Below the pieces are notes generated by a model, which did no database searches, was not told the DNA's origin, and saw only the letters and a list, made by a program, of their open reading frames with translations. The position numbers and the translations under genes are program-made. A DNA stretch of 64,000 nt from Candidatus Ratteibacteria bacterium (lineage in GTDB: Bacteria > Ratteibacteria > UBA8468 > B48-G9 > DTJG01). This document shows positions 1 to 8,120 of the stretch, one piece after another (position 1 is the stretch's first letter; each line of letters opens with the position of its first letter). Location of the stretch: assembly GCA_041656495.1 (NCBI GenBank), contig JBBADJ010000002.1, positions 1 through 64,000 of the forward strand, written 5' to 3'.

Positions 1-1240
1 CCGCGGCAGTTTCTTCTATTTTCTTCTTTAGTTCTTCTTCTTTCGCGGCACGCAATGCCAATGCCTTCTCTTGCGCTGATTTTACTGCATCGCGCCGAGT
101 TTGAAGGATTGCCTCTTTTTCTTGTATCTTTTTGGCTTTCGCCTCTTCCCGAGCTTTCTGTGTGGCTGCTAAAACCGCAATTGTCCGGATCTTTTTCTCC
201 TTCTGCGTTCTCTTCTTTTCTGCCACAAATGCAAAAAGAGCATCGCGCCGATCCCGACGAGAAGAAGGTACAGAGGATATACCGGCCTCTTCCCGGGCTT
301 TCTGTACTGATAGCCGAGCCGCGGCAGTTTCTTCTGCTTTCTTCTTTTGTTCTTCTTCTTTTGCGGCTTTCATTGCCTTTGCCTTCTCTTGCGCTGATTT
401 GACCGCATCGCGCCGAGATTGAAGGACTTCCTCTTTTTCTTTCGCTCTCTTGGCTTTCGCCTCTTCTCGAGATTTCTGTGCTGATAGCTGAGCCGCGGCA
501 ATTTCTTCGGCTTTCTTCTTTCGCTCTGCTTCTTTCGCGGCTTTCTGTGCCGCTATCTTCTCTTGCGCTAATTTTGCCGCATCGCGCCGAGATTGAAGAA
601 TTGCCTCTTTTTCTTTTGCTCTCTTGGCTTTCGCCTCTTCTCGAGATTTCTGTGCTGATAACTGAGCCGCGGCAGTTTCTTCGGCTTTCTTCTTTTGCTC
701 TTCTTCTTTCGCGGCTTTCATTGCCGCTATCTTCTCTTGCGCTGATTTGGCCGCATCACGCCGAGATTGAAGGATTGCCTCTTTTTCTTTCGCTCTCTTG
801 GCTTTCGCCTCTTCTCGGGCTTTCTGTGCCGCTAGCCGAGCCGCGGCAATTTCTTCTATTTTCTTCTTTCGCTCTGCTTCTTTCGCGGCACGCACTGCCT
901 TTGCCTTCTCTTGCGCTAATTTGGCCGCATCGCGCCGAGATTGAAGGATTGCCTCTTTTTCTTTCGCTCTCTTGGCTTTCGCCTCTTCTCGGGCTTTCTG
1001 TGCCGCTAGCCGAGCCGCGGCAATTTCTTCTATTTTCTTCTTTTGCTCTGCTTCTTTCGCGGCTTTCATTGCCACTGTCTTCTCTTGTGCTAATTTGGCC
1101 GCATCGCGCCGAGATTGAAGGATTGCCTCTTTTTCTTTCGCTCTCTTGGCTTTCGCCTCTTCTCGGGATTTCTGTGCTGATAGCCGAGCCGCGGCAATTT
1201 CTTCGGCTTTCTTCTTTTGTTCTGCTTCTTTCGCGGCACG
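1..1240. repeat. Tandem direct repeat of about 174 bp (roughly 7 copies; copies near 120-316 are degenerate)
   Basis: The motif gagccgcggca(a/g)tttcttc recurs at about 1, 316, 489, 666, 838, 1011 and 1185. The repeats are coding (see the CDS above) rather than CRISPR-like: no unique spacers, and the units are long and degenerate. Confidence 0.85.
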
Positions 1241-1513
1241 TGCTGATTTGGCTGGTTTCTGAGAAGATTTTTTCTTGGGTCCTGAAGAACCAGAAGAATT
1301 CTGTTTAGAAAAATGTGAGATTGTGCCTTTAAATCCAGAGACTGGATCAGATACGTTCGCAGAGCCGGCAGAAGCAAAACAGGGACGAGAAGAAAAAATG
1401 GATTGTTTTTGAGATTCTTTTCGGCATCGTAATTCTGAAAGAATCAAAAGTAAGCGTTCTTTCCTCTCTTTTCGTTTTAGAGCGTTCCAGGAGGGCTTTT
1501 CTTGAAACTTCAT
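1..1513 (-). CDS. Partial gene for a Lys/Glu/Ala-rich tandem-repeat protein. The N-terminus lies in the window and the 3' end runs past position 1. At least 7 repeat units of about 58 aa each follow a Ser/Lys-rich N-terminal region.
   Basis: I translated the minus strand by hand from the ATG at 1513..1511: MKFQEKPSWNALKRKERKERLLLILSELRCRKESQKQSIF...SSGPKKKSSQKPAKSARAAKEAEQKKKAEEIAAARLSAQKSREEAKAKRAKEKEAILQSRRDAAKLAQEK..., with the unit repeating. The frame stays open to the window edge, which explains why no stop-terminated ORF was listed from this M. The start ATG overlaps the stop of the upstream PilO-like gene (minus-strand read ATGA). The plus-strand ORFs over this region (55..402, 478..1308) are repeat artefacts. 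Confidence 0.6.
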   Translation of the reverse strand, partial: MKFQEKPSWNALKRKERKERLLLILSELRCRKESQKQSIFSSRPCFASAGSANVSDPVSGFKGTISHFSKQNSSGSSGPKKKSSQKPAKSARAAKEAEQKKKAEEIAAARLSAQKSREEAKAKRAKEKEAILQSRRDAAKLAQEKTVAMKAAKEAEQKKKIEEIAAARLAAQKAREEAKAKRAKEKEAILQSRRDAAKLAQEKAKAVRAAKEAERKKKIEEIAAARLAAQKAREEAKAKRAKEKEAILQSRRDAAKSAQEKIAAMKAAKEEEQKKKAEETAAAQLSAQKSREEAKAKRAKEKEAILQSRRDAAKLAQEKIAAQKAAKEAERKKKAEEIAAAQLSAQKSREEAKAKRAKEKEEVLQSRRDAVKSAQEKAKAMKAAKEEEQKKKAEETAAARLSVQKAREEAGISSVPSSRRDRRDALFAFVAEKKRTQKEKKIRTIAVLAATQKAREEAKAKKIQEKEAILQTRRDAVKSAQEKALALRAAKEEELKKKIEETAA

Positions 1514-2253
1514 AATGTTCCTTCTTTTTTCAGCATGACTGCATTAATCTTCAGATCTGCCCTGAATAGGTCCTGGCCGCTTTTTGTAATAGAAAAGCTC
1601 TCCAGTGTAAAAAATGAAGAAGGGTTGTTTAAATATTTCAAAAATCGCACCACCTCAATAGAAGAACCAGTGATTGAAAGATCAATGGGAAGAACCTTAT
1701 AAAACGCGACAGTAGAAGGTATACCGGGCGCGACATTGTTTACTAGTCCCACGCCTGAATCTATTAAAAGAGTAAGAAGATTTTTCAGTACTGTTAACTG
1801 AAGGGATAGAATAGGAATCTCTTCTTGTTTTGGAAAACCCTTTTCCTGAAATGGAAGGGTGGAAGGAAGAGTGATATTGTTTTTTCGCGCTTTTCTTACA
1901 AGATACTCTTCAGTATCAAGAAGAAACTCCTTATATTCTACTGTAGGGAAAACCTTGAATTCAGGAATTGAGGGATAGGTTGTTGAAAAACGGGTCATAA
2001 GAGTGTTAAATGCCGCATCTACCTGAACTTTCTGCGTTGTTAAACGGTCAATTAATTGAGGAGAAGGGGCCTTCGCTCGTTCCCGTTCATACTGCTTTAC
2101 TTCTTCATATTTTGTACGGATATCTGATTCCACCACCAAGATATCTTTCTGCATCTTCCGGACAAAATAGAATCCAGCGCCGGCAATCGCAAGTACAATA
2201 AACATTGCCACAAAAATTAGGTTGCGCTGTAAAAAAGTAAGTATCTTTTTCAT
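1510..2253 (-). CDS. pilO: Type IV pilus assembly protein PilO-like (GspM-like), with an N-terminal TM helix
   Basis: An internal Met at residue 28 of the listed ORF gives MKKILTFLQRNLIFVAMFIVLAIAGAGFYF (TM helix). This is followed by a coiled-coil segment and a C-terminal beta-rich domain (LSITGSSIEVVRFLKYLNNPSSFFTLESFSIT), the typical PilO layout. The start ATG at 2253..2251 overlaps the pilMN stop (ATGA). Confidence 0.55.
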   Translation of the reverse strand: MKKILTFLQRNLIFVAMFIVLAIAGAGFYFVRKMQKDILVVESDIRTKYEEVKQYERERAKAPSPQLIDRLTTQKVQVDAAFNTLMTRFSTTYPSIPEFKVFPTVEYKEFLLDTEEYLVRKARKNNITLPSTLPFQEKGFPKQEEIPILSLQLTVLKNLLTLLIDSGVGLVNNVAPGIPSTVAFYKVLPIDLSITGSSIEVVRFLKYLNNPSSFFTLESFSITKSGQDLFRADLKINAVMLKKEGTL

Positions 2254-3965
2254 TTCATTGTAAAGGTAAGAAGAAAAGCAAGACGGTTCGTTTCCCGGTT
2301 CAGTTCGCAAGATTCTATAACTACCTGACTGCAATATTCAAGTTGCTGAAGTTTCTGTACAAAAAGTTTAAAATCCTTAAATGCACTCTTTACATCGGTA
2401 ACAATCGCTTCTCCCTCAATATTCAATACCGCAATAGATGAAGGCAAGGCTCCTGCCACAGCAGGAGGAGCGGCCTCTTCGGGAGGAGGCCCTCCTTCGG
2501 GAGGAGGCATTCCAGGAGGAGGAGGCCCTTCATCAGGCGGTCGTCCCATATCATTAGGCGGCATTTCTTCAGGTGCATGGGGTTCAGCCGCAGGATCTCC
2601 GCCTGAACCAGCCGGAGTTATTTTACTTAGAAAGATTCTACTGCTCGGAAGAGAATTGCCAATTTCAAGGATACGGGCAAGCCAAAGAAACTTCTTCTCC
2701 ATTAAGCCCTTCACTACTCCGATATTTCCTTTTGTCTCATTAATACCTTTTTGAAGCCGTTCTACTTCGGGTTTATATTTTTCATATTCCTGCAGGGAAA
2801 GTTCTACCTCTTTTCCAAAGTTCTGAAGCGCCACTTTCTGTTGAGAAATAAAGAAGAGCGGCGTTACAGAAAGCAATACCGCCATGGCAAGAGAAAGAAC
2901 CATATAAATACGGTTCTCTTTGAATTCCCGCATACGAAGAATCTCTGTGGGAAGCATATCAATATCTACCACCGCGGTATCAAGAAGTTTCAGAGCAATC
3001 CCGCAGAGTGTCGCAAGTTCAGGACCTTTCTCTTTCACTGATTCCGCAAAATCAGGAGCAACCTCCATATATTCAAGAGGATTAAGATAAAAGGTGGGAA
3101 GTTTGGTCTTCTCTTCAAAAAAAGCTTTGTAGCCCTCCATCTGAGAGGTGCCGCCACAAATAAAAAGTTCTTCAATATCTGAACCTTTTAAGGTAAAACG
3201 CCAGTAATCAAAGGAGTTCTGAAGCTCGGTATGAAGAGATTCAAGGATAGAGGTTACCATAGGAAGAGCACAACCCTGCTCCCTCTTTAATTTCTCTGCT
3301 TCGGGAAATTCAATGGTCTGAGCCTCAGAAATTGCGGTTGTAATGGTATCTCCGGATGTGGTAAGGGCGCGCATCAACATTTTTTCTTGATGGGTGATAA
3401 CAAGATTGGAGGTTTGCGCTCCTACCTCAAGAATTGCCTGACATTTTCCAGGCTGATAAGAGGGAGAAAAACGGAAAAGATTGTATATGGCAAAAAGATC
3501 AGTATCAAGGGATTCAAGGGAAAGGCCTAAAGGAATAAGATGGCCAAGATATTCGTTAACAAGATCTTTCTTTGCGGCACAGATAAGGATATTGAAATTT
3601 TTATCAGTCTCGGAAATAATTTGATACGCCCATGCTACGACCTCAAGAGGAAAAGGAATTTGTTGCTGAATTTCGTATTTCAGAATATCTCGCAGTTTAT
3701 TAATTGGAACGCGGGGAACCACAATCGGACGGGTAAGAATGCCGCGACCCGGAAGAGACATAAAAGCACGGCGCGAAGGAAGCGCCCGAAAAAAGGGTTT
3801 CCCCTCTGTTCTAAGAACACTAAGCCGCTGGTCTACAGGAAAAGGAGGGGCATCAAACTCTTCATAATGAGTAATAACAGGACCCTTGCGCCCGATAGAA
3901 AGCTCCAGTGTCCTGATATGCGAGGTACCAATATCTACCGCGAGAATTTTTTGCTTTCCTATCAT
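2250..3965 (-). CDS. pilM: PilM-PilN fusion (GspL-like architecture). It has an actin-like ATPase PilM domain, a TM plus coiled-coil PilN-like domain, a Pro-rich linker and a short C-terminal domain.
   Basis: The N-terminus MIGKQKILAVDIGTSHIRTLEL matches the PilM actin-like N-terminal motif. An internal TM (MVLSLAMAVLLSVTPLFFI) and a coiled coil follow. The linker PPPPGMPPPEGGPPPEEAAPP precedes the last 70 aa. SD GAGGAG lies about 8 nt upstream of the ATG. Confidence 0.6.
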   Translation of the reverse strand: MIGKQKILAVDIGTSHIRTLELSIGRKGPVITHYEEFDAPPFPVDQRLSVLRTEGKPFFRALPSRRAFMSLPGRGILTRPIVVPRVPINKLRDILKYEIQQQIPFPLEVVAWAYQIISETDKNFNILICAAKKDLVNEYLGHLIPLGLSLESLDTDLFAIYNLFRFSPSYQPGKCQAILEVGAQTSNLVITHQEKMLMRALTTSGDTITTAISEAQTIEFPEAEKLKREQGCALPMVTSILESLHTELQNSFDYWRFTLKGSDIEELFICGGTSQMEGYKAFFEEKTKLPTFYLNPLEYMEVAPDFAESVKEKGPELATLCGIALKLLDTAVVDIDMLPTEILRMREFKENRIYMVLSLAMAVLLSVTPLFFISQQKVALQNFGKEVELSLQEYEKYKPEVERLQKGINETKGNIGVVKGLMEKKFLWLARILEIGNSLPSSRIFLSKITPAGSGGDPAAEPHAPEEMPPNDMGRPPDEGPPPPGMPPPEGGPPPEEAAPPAVAGALPSSIAVLNIEGEAIVTDVKSAFKDFKLFVQKLQQLEYCSQVVIESCELNRETNRLAFLLTFTMK

Positions 3966-4103
3966 CGAGTCAGTCTGCTCCTCGCGTTATAACACTCTGT
4001 ATCTCATATATTCTTCATTGTACAGAGTTTACGGTGCATATAAGTTCCTTATTTTCTCCTGACTTCTTTCTCTTCATCTGCAAATTACTTTTGAAAAAGA
4101 TAG

Positions 4104-4175
4104 TTGCGGGGGACCGATTTGAACGGCCGACCTCCGGGTTATGGGCCCGGCGAGCTACCACTGCTCCACCCCGCA
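4104..4175 (-). tRNA. Initiator tRNA-fMet (anticodon CAT)
   Basis: The minus-strand sequence, preceded by a T at 4175 (the 5'-terminal position), is GCGGGGTGGAGCAGTGGTAGCTCGCCGGGCCCATAACCCGGAGGTCGGCCGTTCAAATCGGTCCCCCGCAA. It is near-identical in layout to E. coli tRNA-fMet. Three consecutive G:C pairs close the anticodon stem (GGG/CCC), the loop is CCCATAA, and position 1 is weak or unpaired against A72. CCA is not encoded (genomic ACTA). Confidence 0.8.
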
Positions 4176-4194
4176 ATATTGTATTGGAATGGTA

Positions 4195-4223
4195 AGTATA
4201 GCGTTCTTTCACTAGCCTGTCAA
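4195..4223 (-). promoter_or_regulatory. Sigma70-type promoter for tRNA-fMet (TTGACA-N17-TATACT)
   Basis: The minus-strand read is TTGACAGGCTAGTGAAAGAACGCTATACT, ending about 20 nt upstream of the tRNA 5' end. It overlaps the 3' end of zapA. Confidence 0.45.
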
Positions 4224-4516
4224 ATGTCACGGGCCATCTCTTCTTCAATCCGCTTCTTCAACGCGGCAATTTTCTTCTGGATAAGTCTCTCTTTTCCCGC
4301 CTTCTCCTTCCTCTGAAGAGAATATTCTTCTTCACGGGTCAATAGTTCAATAGTATAGACCATCAATAGATCAAGAATATCAACGGAAGGCATTTGGAAA
4401 TGAAGGTCGGACAGGGCCTTGTTCAATTTTTTTTCTATGGAAGCGATCATTGCTTCGCTTTTGTCGCTTTCAATAGTATACGCCCTCCTAAGCACCTCAA
4501 TACGAAATTTTTTCAT
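4220..4516 (-). CDS. zapA: Cell division protein ZapA-like
   Basis: 98 aa. The N-terminal pattern FRIEVLRRAYTIESDKSEAMIASIEKKLNKALSDL...VDILDLLMVYTIELL matches the ZapA fold signature, and the C-terminal part is a coiled coil. It lies immediately downstream of pheT, as in Firmicutes. Confidence 0.55.
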   Translation of the reverse strand: MKKFRIEVLRRAYTIESDKSEAMIASIEKKLNKALSDLHFQMPSVDILDLLMVYTIELLTREEEYSLQRKEKAGKERLIQKKIAALKKRIEEEMARDI

Positions 4517-6477
4517 TCGCGAATCCGGATAGAAAAGAGATTATCAAGGGTTGCGAGGGTTGTATGAAGCAATGCATCCACTCCTTCCCGGGTAAGGGAG
4601 CCATCATTCTGAAAGGAAAAGGAAACTGTCGCGCCAGTGGAATCTTCAGGAATATGTTTTCCTTCGTAAATATCGCATACCCGTATCTCTGAAAGTCCGG
4701 AAGGAAGAAGAGAACTGTAAAGAGTCTCTTCCACCTCGTGCCACCGCACTTTCTTAGGAATAATCAAAGAAAGGTCTCTTCGTATCAAAGGAAGAGTGGA
4801 AAGAGGTTCGCATCGCGATGAAACAGAAGGAATCGCAAATATTTTTTCAAGATCAATCTGACAGAGAAAAATAGATTCGTTTTCAAGATCAAATTGCTGG
4901 AGAAAGTCTGGAGAAGGAATATAGATTGATCCCAAAAGCTCTCCGGAAGAGGAAAAAGGAATAGATACCCCCTCTGATATATCCTCTCTATCCCAGCGAA
5001 GATCTTTTGCTTCTAAAAAAGAAAGAATTGATTCCACCCTTCCCTTGAAGGTATAGAAATCGCCTTCGTTCATTGCCGCGAGCGCAAGACCTAAACGTTC
5101 GGTATAATCGGAAAAAAAGTATTTGCCTGTTTCAAATAGAGAAAGGCGTTCTGTCCTGTAGCTGAAATTTTCTTTAAGGTTGCGCAAAAGCTCTGGAAGG
5201 AGAGAACCACGAAGAAAAGCAAAATTCAACGAGAGAGGATTGATAATTTCTGGGCCGGTTCCTCCAAAAAAATGTGCCTCGTCTTTTGAAACCAGGCCAA
5301 GGTTTGAAACCTCGGTAAATCCTGTACGAACAGAAAAATCTTTTACCTTCTCCTCCTTTTCATAGAAGGAGGAAGAGACCGTGGAAGAAATCTCAGCACA
5401 TGGAAGTGTTTCTGGAATCGCATCATATCCATAGTATCGTGCAACTTCTTCAATAAGATCCTCTTCGCGTTCAAGATCGGTTCTTCCCGGAGGAACCGTT
5501 ACAGTAAGAATATTCTTTCCAGAAACCGAAAAACGAAGTTTTTCAAAAAGATCTATAAGAAAGGAAGAAGGAATGTCGCATCCGAGAAAGTGTGAAACCC
5601 TACGAGTATCAAGGCGAATTTTCTTCTCTTTTTCTATACGGGATCCCCGTACTATCCGAGGACCAACTCTTCCTCCGCATACAGTCTCCATAAGAAAAGC
5701 CGCCCTGTCAAGCGCCTCAATGACAAGGGTAAGATCTACGGATTTTTCAAATCTCTGGGATGCCTCGGTAGAATGGCCAAGAAAACGCGCGCCTTTTCGG
5801 ATTCTTACTGGATGAAATGAAGCACTTTCAAGAAAGATCGCCTGCGTTGCAGAAGTAATCTCTGAATCTGCTCCACCCATTATTCCAGCAATACCGATCG
5901 GGGTCAACGTATCGGCAATAAGAAGAACCTCCTCGCCCAAAGTTCTGTTAACGCCATCAAGGGTAGTAATGGTTTCAGAGGCTCGGGCTCTCCGTACAAC
6001 AATTCCCTCTTTTACTTTGGAAAGGTCAAAGGCGTGCAAGGGTTGACCATATTCAACAAAGACAAGGTTGGTTACATCAACTACATTGTTAATGCTTCTA
6101 AAGCCTGCGCGCTCCACCGCAGAAGAGAGCCATGCAGGAGAAGGAGCCGGCATAATACCCTCAACAATTCTTCCAGAATAGAGAGGACAATCATCAACAT
6201 TCTCTACCTTTACGGAAATAGTGCGGTCGCTCTTTTCCTGTACGGAAAAAGAGGGTGATTCTACGGAAAAATTACCAGCAGGCACCAGTGCTTTCGCAAG
6301 ACCGAGAAGACTAAAAAGGTCGCCGCGGTTCGCGGGAACTTCAAGCGTGAAATAGGTTCCCGCCTCATCAGAGGTAAGAATCGGATTCCATCCAAACTTC
6401 TGAAGGAACTCTTTTATCTGGGTTCGGGTATGATTTCCTTTTAAGTATTCTGAAAGAGATTCATAGCAGTATCGCAT
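4513..6477 (-). CDS. pheT: Phenylalanine--tRNA ligase beta subunit (short form lacking the N-terminal OB tRNA-binding domain)
   Basis: 654 aa. It aligns to E. coli PheT from about residue 190 onward (VVDVTNLVFVEYGQPLHAFD; B3/4, B5 and C-terminal domains). It overlaps the pheS stop, so no upstream extension is possible. Confidence 0.85.
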   Translation of the reverse strand: MRYCYESLSEYLKGNHTRTQIKEFLQKFGWNPILTSDEAGTYFTLEVPANRGDLFSLLGLAKALVPAGNFSVESPSFSVQEKSDRTISVKVENVDDCPLYSGRIVEGIMPAPSPAWLSSAVERAGFRSINNVVDVTNLVFVEYGQPLHAFDLSKVKEGIVVRRARASETITTLDGVNRTLGEEVLLIADTLTPIGIAGIMGGADSEITSATQAIFLESASFHPVRIRKGARFLGHSTEASQRFEKSVDLTLVIEALDRAAFLMETVCGGRVGPRIVRGSRIEKEKKIRLDTRRVSHFLGCDIPSSFLIDLFEKLRFSVSGKNILTVTVPPGRTDLEREEDLIEEVARYYGYDAIPETLPCAEISSTVSSSFYEKEEKVKDFSVRTGFTEVSNLGLVSKDEAHFFGGTGPEIINPLSLNFAFLRGSLLPELLRNLKENFSYRTERLSLFETGKYFFSDYTERLGLALAAMNEGDFYTFKGRVESILSFLEAKDLRWDREDISEGVSIPFSSSGELLGSIYIPSPDFLQQFDLENESIFLCQIDLEKIFAIPSVSSRCEPLSTLPLIRRDLSLIIPKKVRWHEVEETLYSSLLPSGLSEIRVCDIYEGKHIPEDSTGATVSFSFQNDGSLTREGVDALLHTTLATLDNLFSIRIRE

Positions 6478-6481
6478 GAAA

Positions 6482-7516
6482 TTACCTCACCTGAGAAAGA
6501 AATCTGATATCGTTCAAAAAAAAGCTCCGTATATCTTCAATACCATATTTAAGCATTGCAAGCCGTTCCACTCCCATTCCAAAGGCAAAACCAGTTACCG
6601 TGGAAGGATCGTATCCCGCATAACGGAAGACCTCAGGGTGTACCATGCCCGCGCCAAGAATCTCAAGCCACCCTTCGTGACCACAAGTTTGACAGCCGCG
6701 GCCTCCGCAGATTTCACAAGAGATAGAAATTTCCGCGCTCGGTTCAGTAAAAGGAAAGTATGAAGGAAGAAAACGAACCTTCATATCTCGCGCAAAAAAT
6801 TTCCGCAGAAAGAGAGAAAGAACTCCTTTCAAATGGCTGAAACAGATATCTTCACCTACCATTAATCCTTCTATCTGATGAAATGCCGGAGTATGAGAAG
6901 CATCAAACGCATCACTCCGAAAAGTCTTTCCAAGGGCAATTATACGAAAAGGAGGGGTGAGGCGCTCCATAACCCGAATCTGAACAGGACTGGTATGGGT
7001 TCGTAAAAGAAGATGCTGATCAGGAGTTAGGTAAAAGGTATCCTGCATATCGCGGGCAGGATGGTTTTCAGGCATATTCAACGCCACAAAGTTATAGAAA
7101 TCGCTCTCTATTTCAGGACCTACATGAACACCAAAGCCGAATGATTGGAAAATAGAGGCCACCTGCCGCGTAACCACGGTAAGAGGATGAAAGCCGGAAA
7201 AATCAGGACGCTTGCCTGGAATGGTATGGTTTACAGTAAAAAATTCACGGGGTTTGGTTCTTTCCGTAGAAAGAATTTCTTCATATATTGCCGTAAGACG
7301 TTCTTTCATCGCATTCAATGCTTTTCCAAAAGAGGCACGTTCTTTCGGAGGAACAGAAGAGATCTTTGCCGCAAACAAAGCCAGTCTTCCTTTTCTTCCC
7401 AAATATTGCACCCGCCACTGTTCAAGCGCTTCCATACCTGAAAGATCTCGTATGCTTGATTCCGCCTCCGAAGAAGCGGTTTCCATTTCCCGTATAATGC
7501 TGTCAACTTCATCCAT
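6482..7516 (-). CDS. pheS: Phenylalanine--tRNA ligase alpha subunit
   Basis: Class II aaRS motifs FRPSYFPFTEPSAE and GFAFGMGVERLAML. The start was chosen at the internal Met (MDEVDSII...) to avoid a long overlap with nadD. Confidence 0.85.
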   Translation of the reverse strand: MDEVDSIIREMETASSEAESSIRDLSGMEALEQWRVQYLGRKGRLALFAAKISSVPPKERASFGKALNAMKERLTAIYEEILSTERTKPREFFTVNHTIPGKRPDFSGFHPLTVVTRQVASIFQSFGFGVHVGPEIESDFYNFVALNMPENHPARDMQDTFYLTPDQHLLLRTHTSPVQIRVMERLTPPFRIIALGKTFRSDAFDASHTPAFHQIEGLMVGEDICFSHLKGVLSLFLRKFFARDMKVRFLPSYFPFTEPSAEISISCEICGGRGCQTCGHEGWLEILGAGMVHPEVFRYAGYDPSTVTGFAFGMGVERLAMLKYGIEDIRSFFLNDIRFLSQVR

Positions 7517-8120
7517 AGGGCTTCTCCTTCTCAATAAAATCTGCCACACTATCAGGAACAAGATAACGGATTGAACGGTTCTGTAAAATCTTTTTCCGTA
7601 TCATTGTGGCGGAAATAGAGATATAAGGATTGTTAATCCGTTCCGATAAAGATTGTATGGAAGGATTCTTTAAATCCGATCCTTCCCGCGCTGCCACAAG
7701 AAAGGTAACTTCTTTCACCAGTTCTTCTATCCTATGCCATTGGTCAAGAAGGGAAAAAGCATCTCTTCCTATAAGAAAAAATGCTTCTCCGGAAGGATAG
7801 AGAGATTTCAAGCGCATGACTGTTTCATAACTATAGGAAACTTCTTGTGAAAGAATCTCAGCGTCCCACAATGAAAAAAAGGGATTATCCATAATTGCCA
7901 ACCGCACCATTTCACATCGGAACGATGCAGAAGCACGAGGTGCGCCGCGATGCGGAGGAATGCCAGAAGGAACAAAAAATATTCTATCAAGACGAAACTC
8001 TTCCCGGGCATACTCTGCGCAGAAAAGATGTCCTATATGAATAGGATCAAACGATCCTCCAAAAATACCGAACCGCTCTACCGAAAGATCTTTACATCTG
8101 TTAGCTTCGGATCTGTCCAT
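7509..8120 (-). CDS. nadD: Nicotinate-nucleotide adenylyltransferase
   Basis: GIFGGSFDPIHIGH nucleotidyltransferase (H/T)xGH motif. It is about 200 aa and the start was taken at MDRSE... Confidence 0.75.
   Translation of the reverse strand: MDRSEANRCKDLSVERFGIFGGSFDPIHIGHLFCAEYAREEFRLDRIFFVPSGIPPHRGAPRASASFRCEMVRLAIMDNPFFSLWDAEILSQEVSYSYETVMRLKSLYPSGEAFFLIGRDAFSLLDQWHRIEELVKEVTFLVAAREGSDLKNPSIQSLSERINNPYISISATMIRKKILQNRSIRYLVPDSVADFIEKEKPYG

Noticed and set aside
1-1240. Periodic repeats that could be mistaken for a CRISPR array
   Set aside because: The period is 174 bp with degenerate units and no unique spacers. The units are in-frame coding repeats of a minus-strand gene.
55-1308. Long plus-strand ORFs (55..402, 132..422, 478..1308) across the tandem repeat
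   Set aside because: These are stop-free frames produced by the low-complexity repeat. The coherent KEA-rich translation, the start codon and the translational coupling to pilO are all on the minus strand.
2254-2334. Longer PilO start at 2334 overlapping pilMN by about 85 bp
   Set aside because: The TM-helix N-terminus typical of PilO begins at the Met at 2253, which overlaps the pilMN stop by 4 bp (ATGA).
4015-4248. 77-aa minus-strand ORF
   Set aside because: It is entirely explained by the initiator tRNA-fMet gene (4104-4175) and its promoter.
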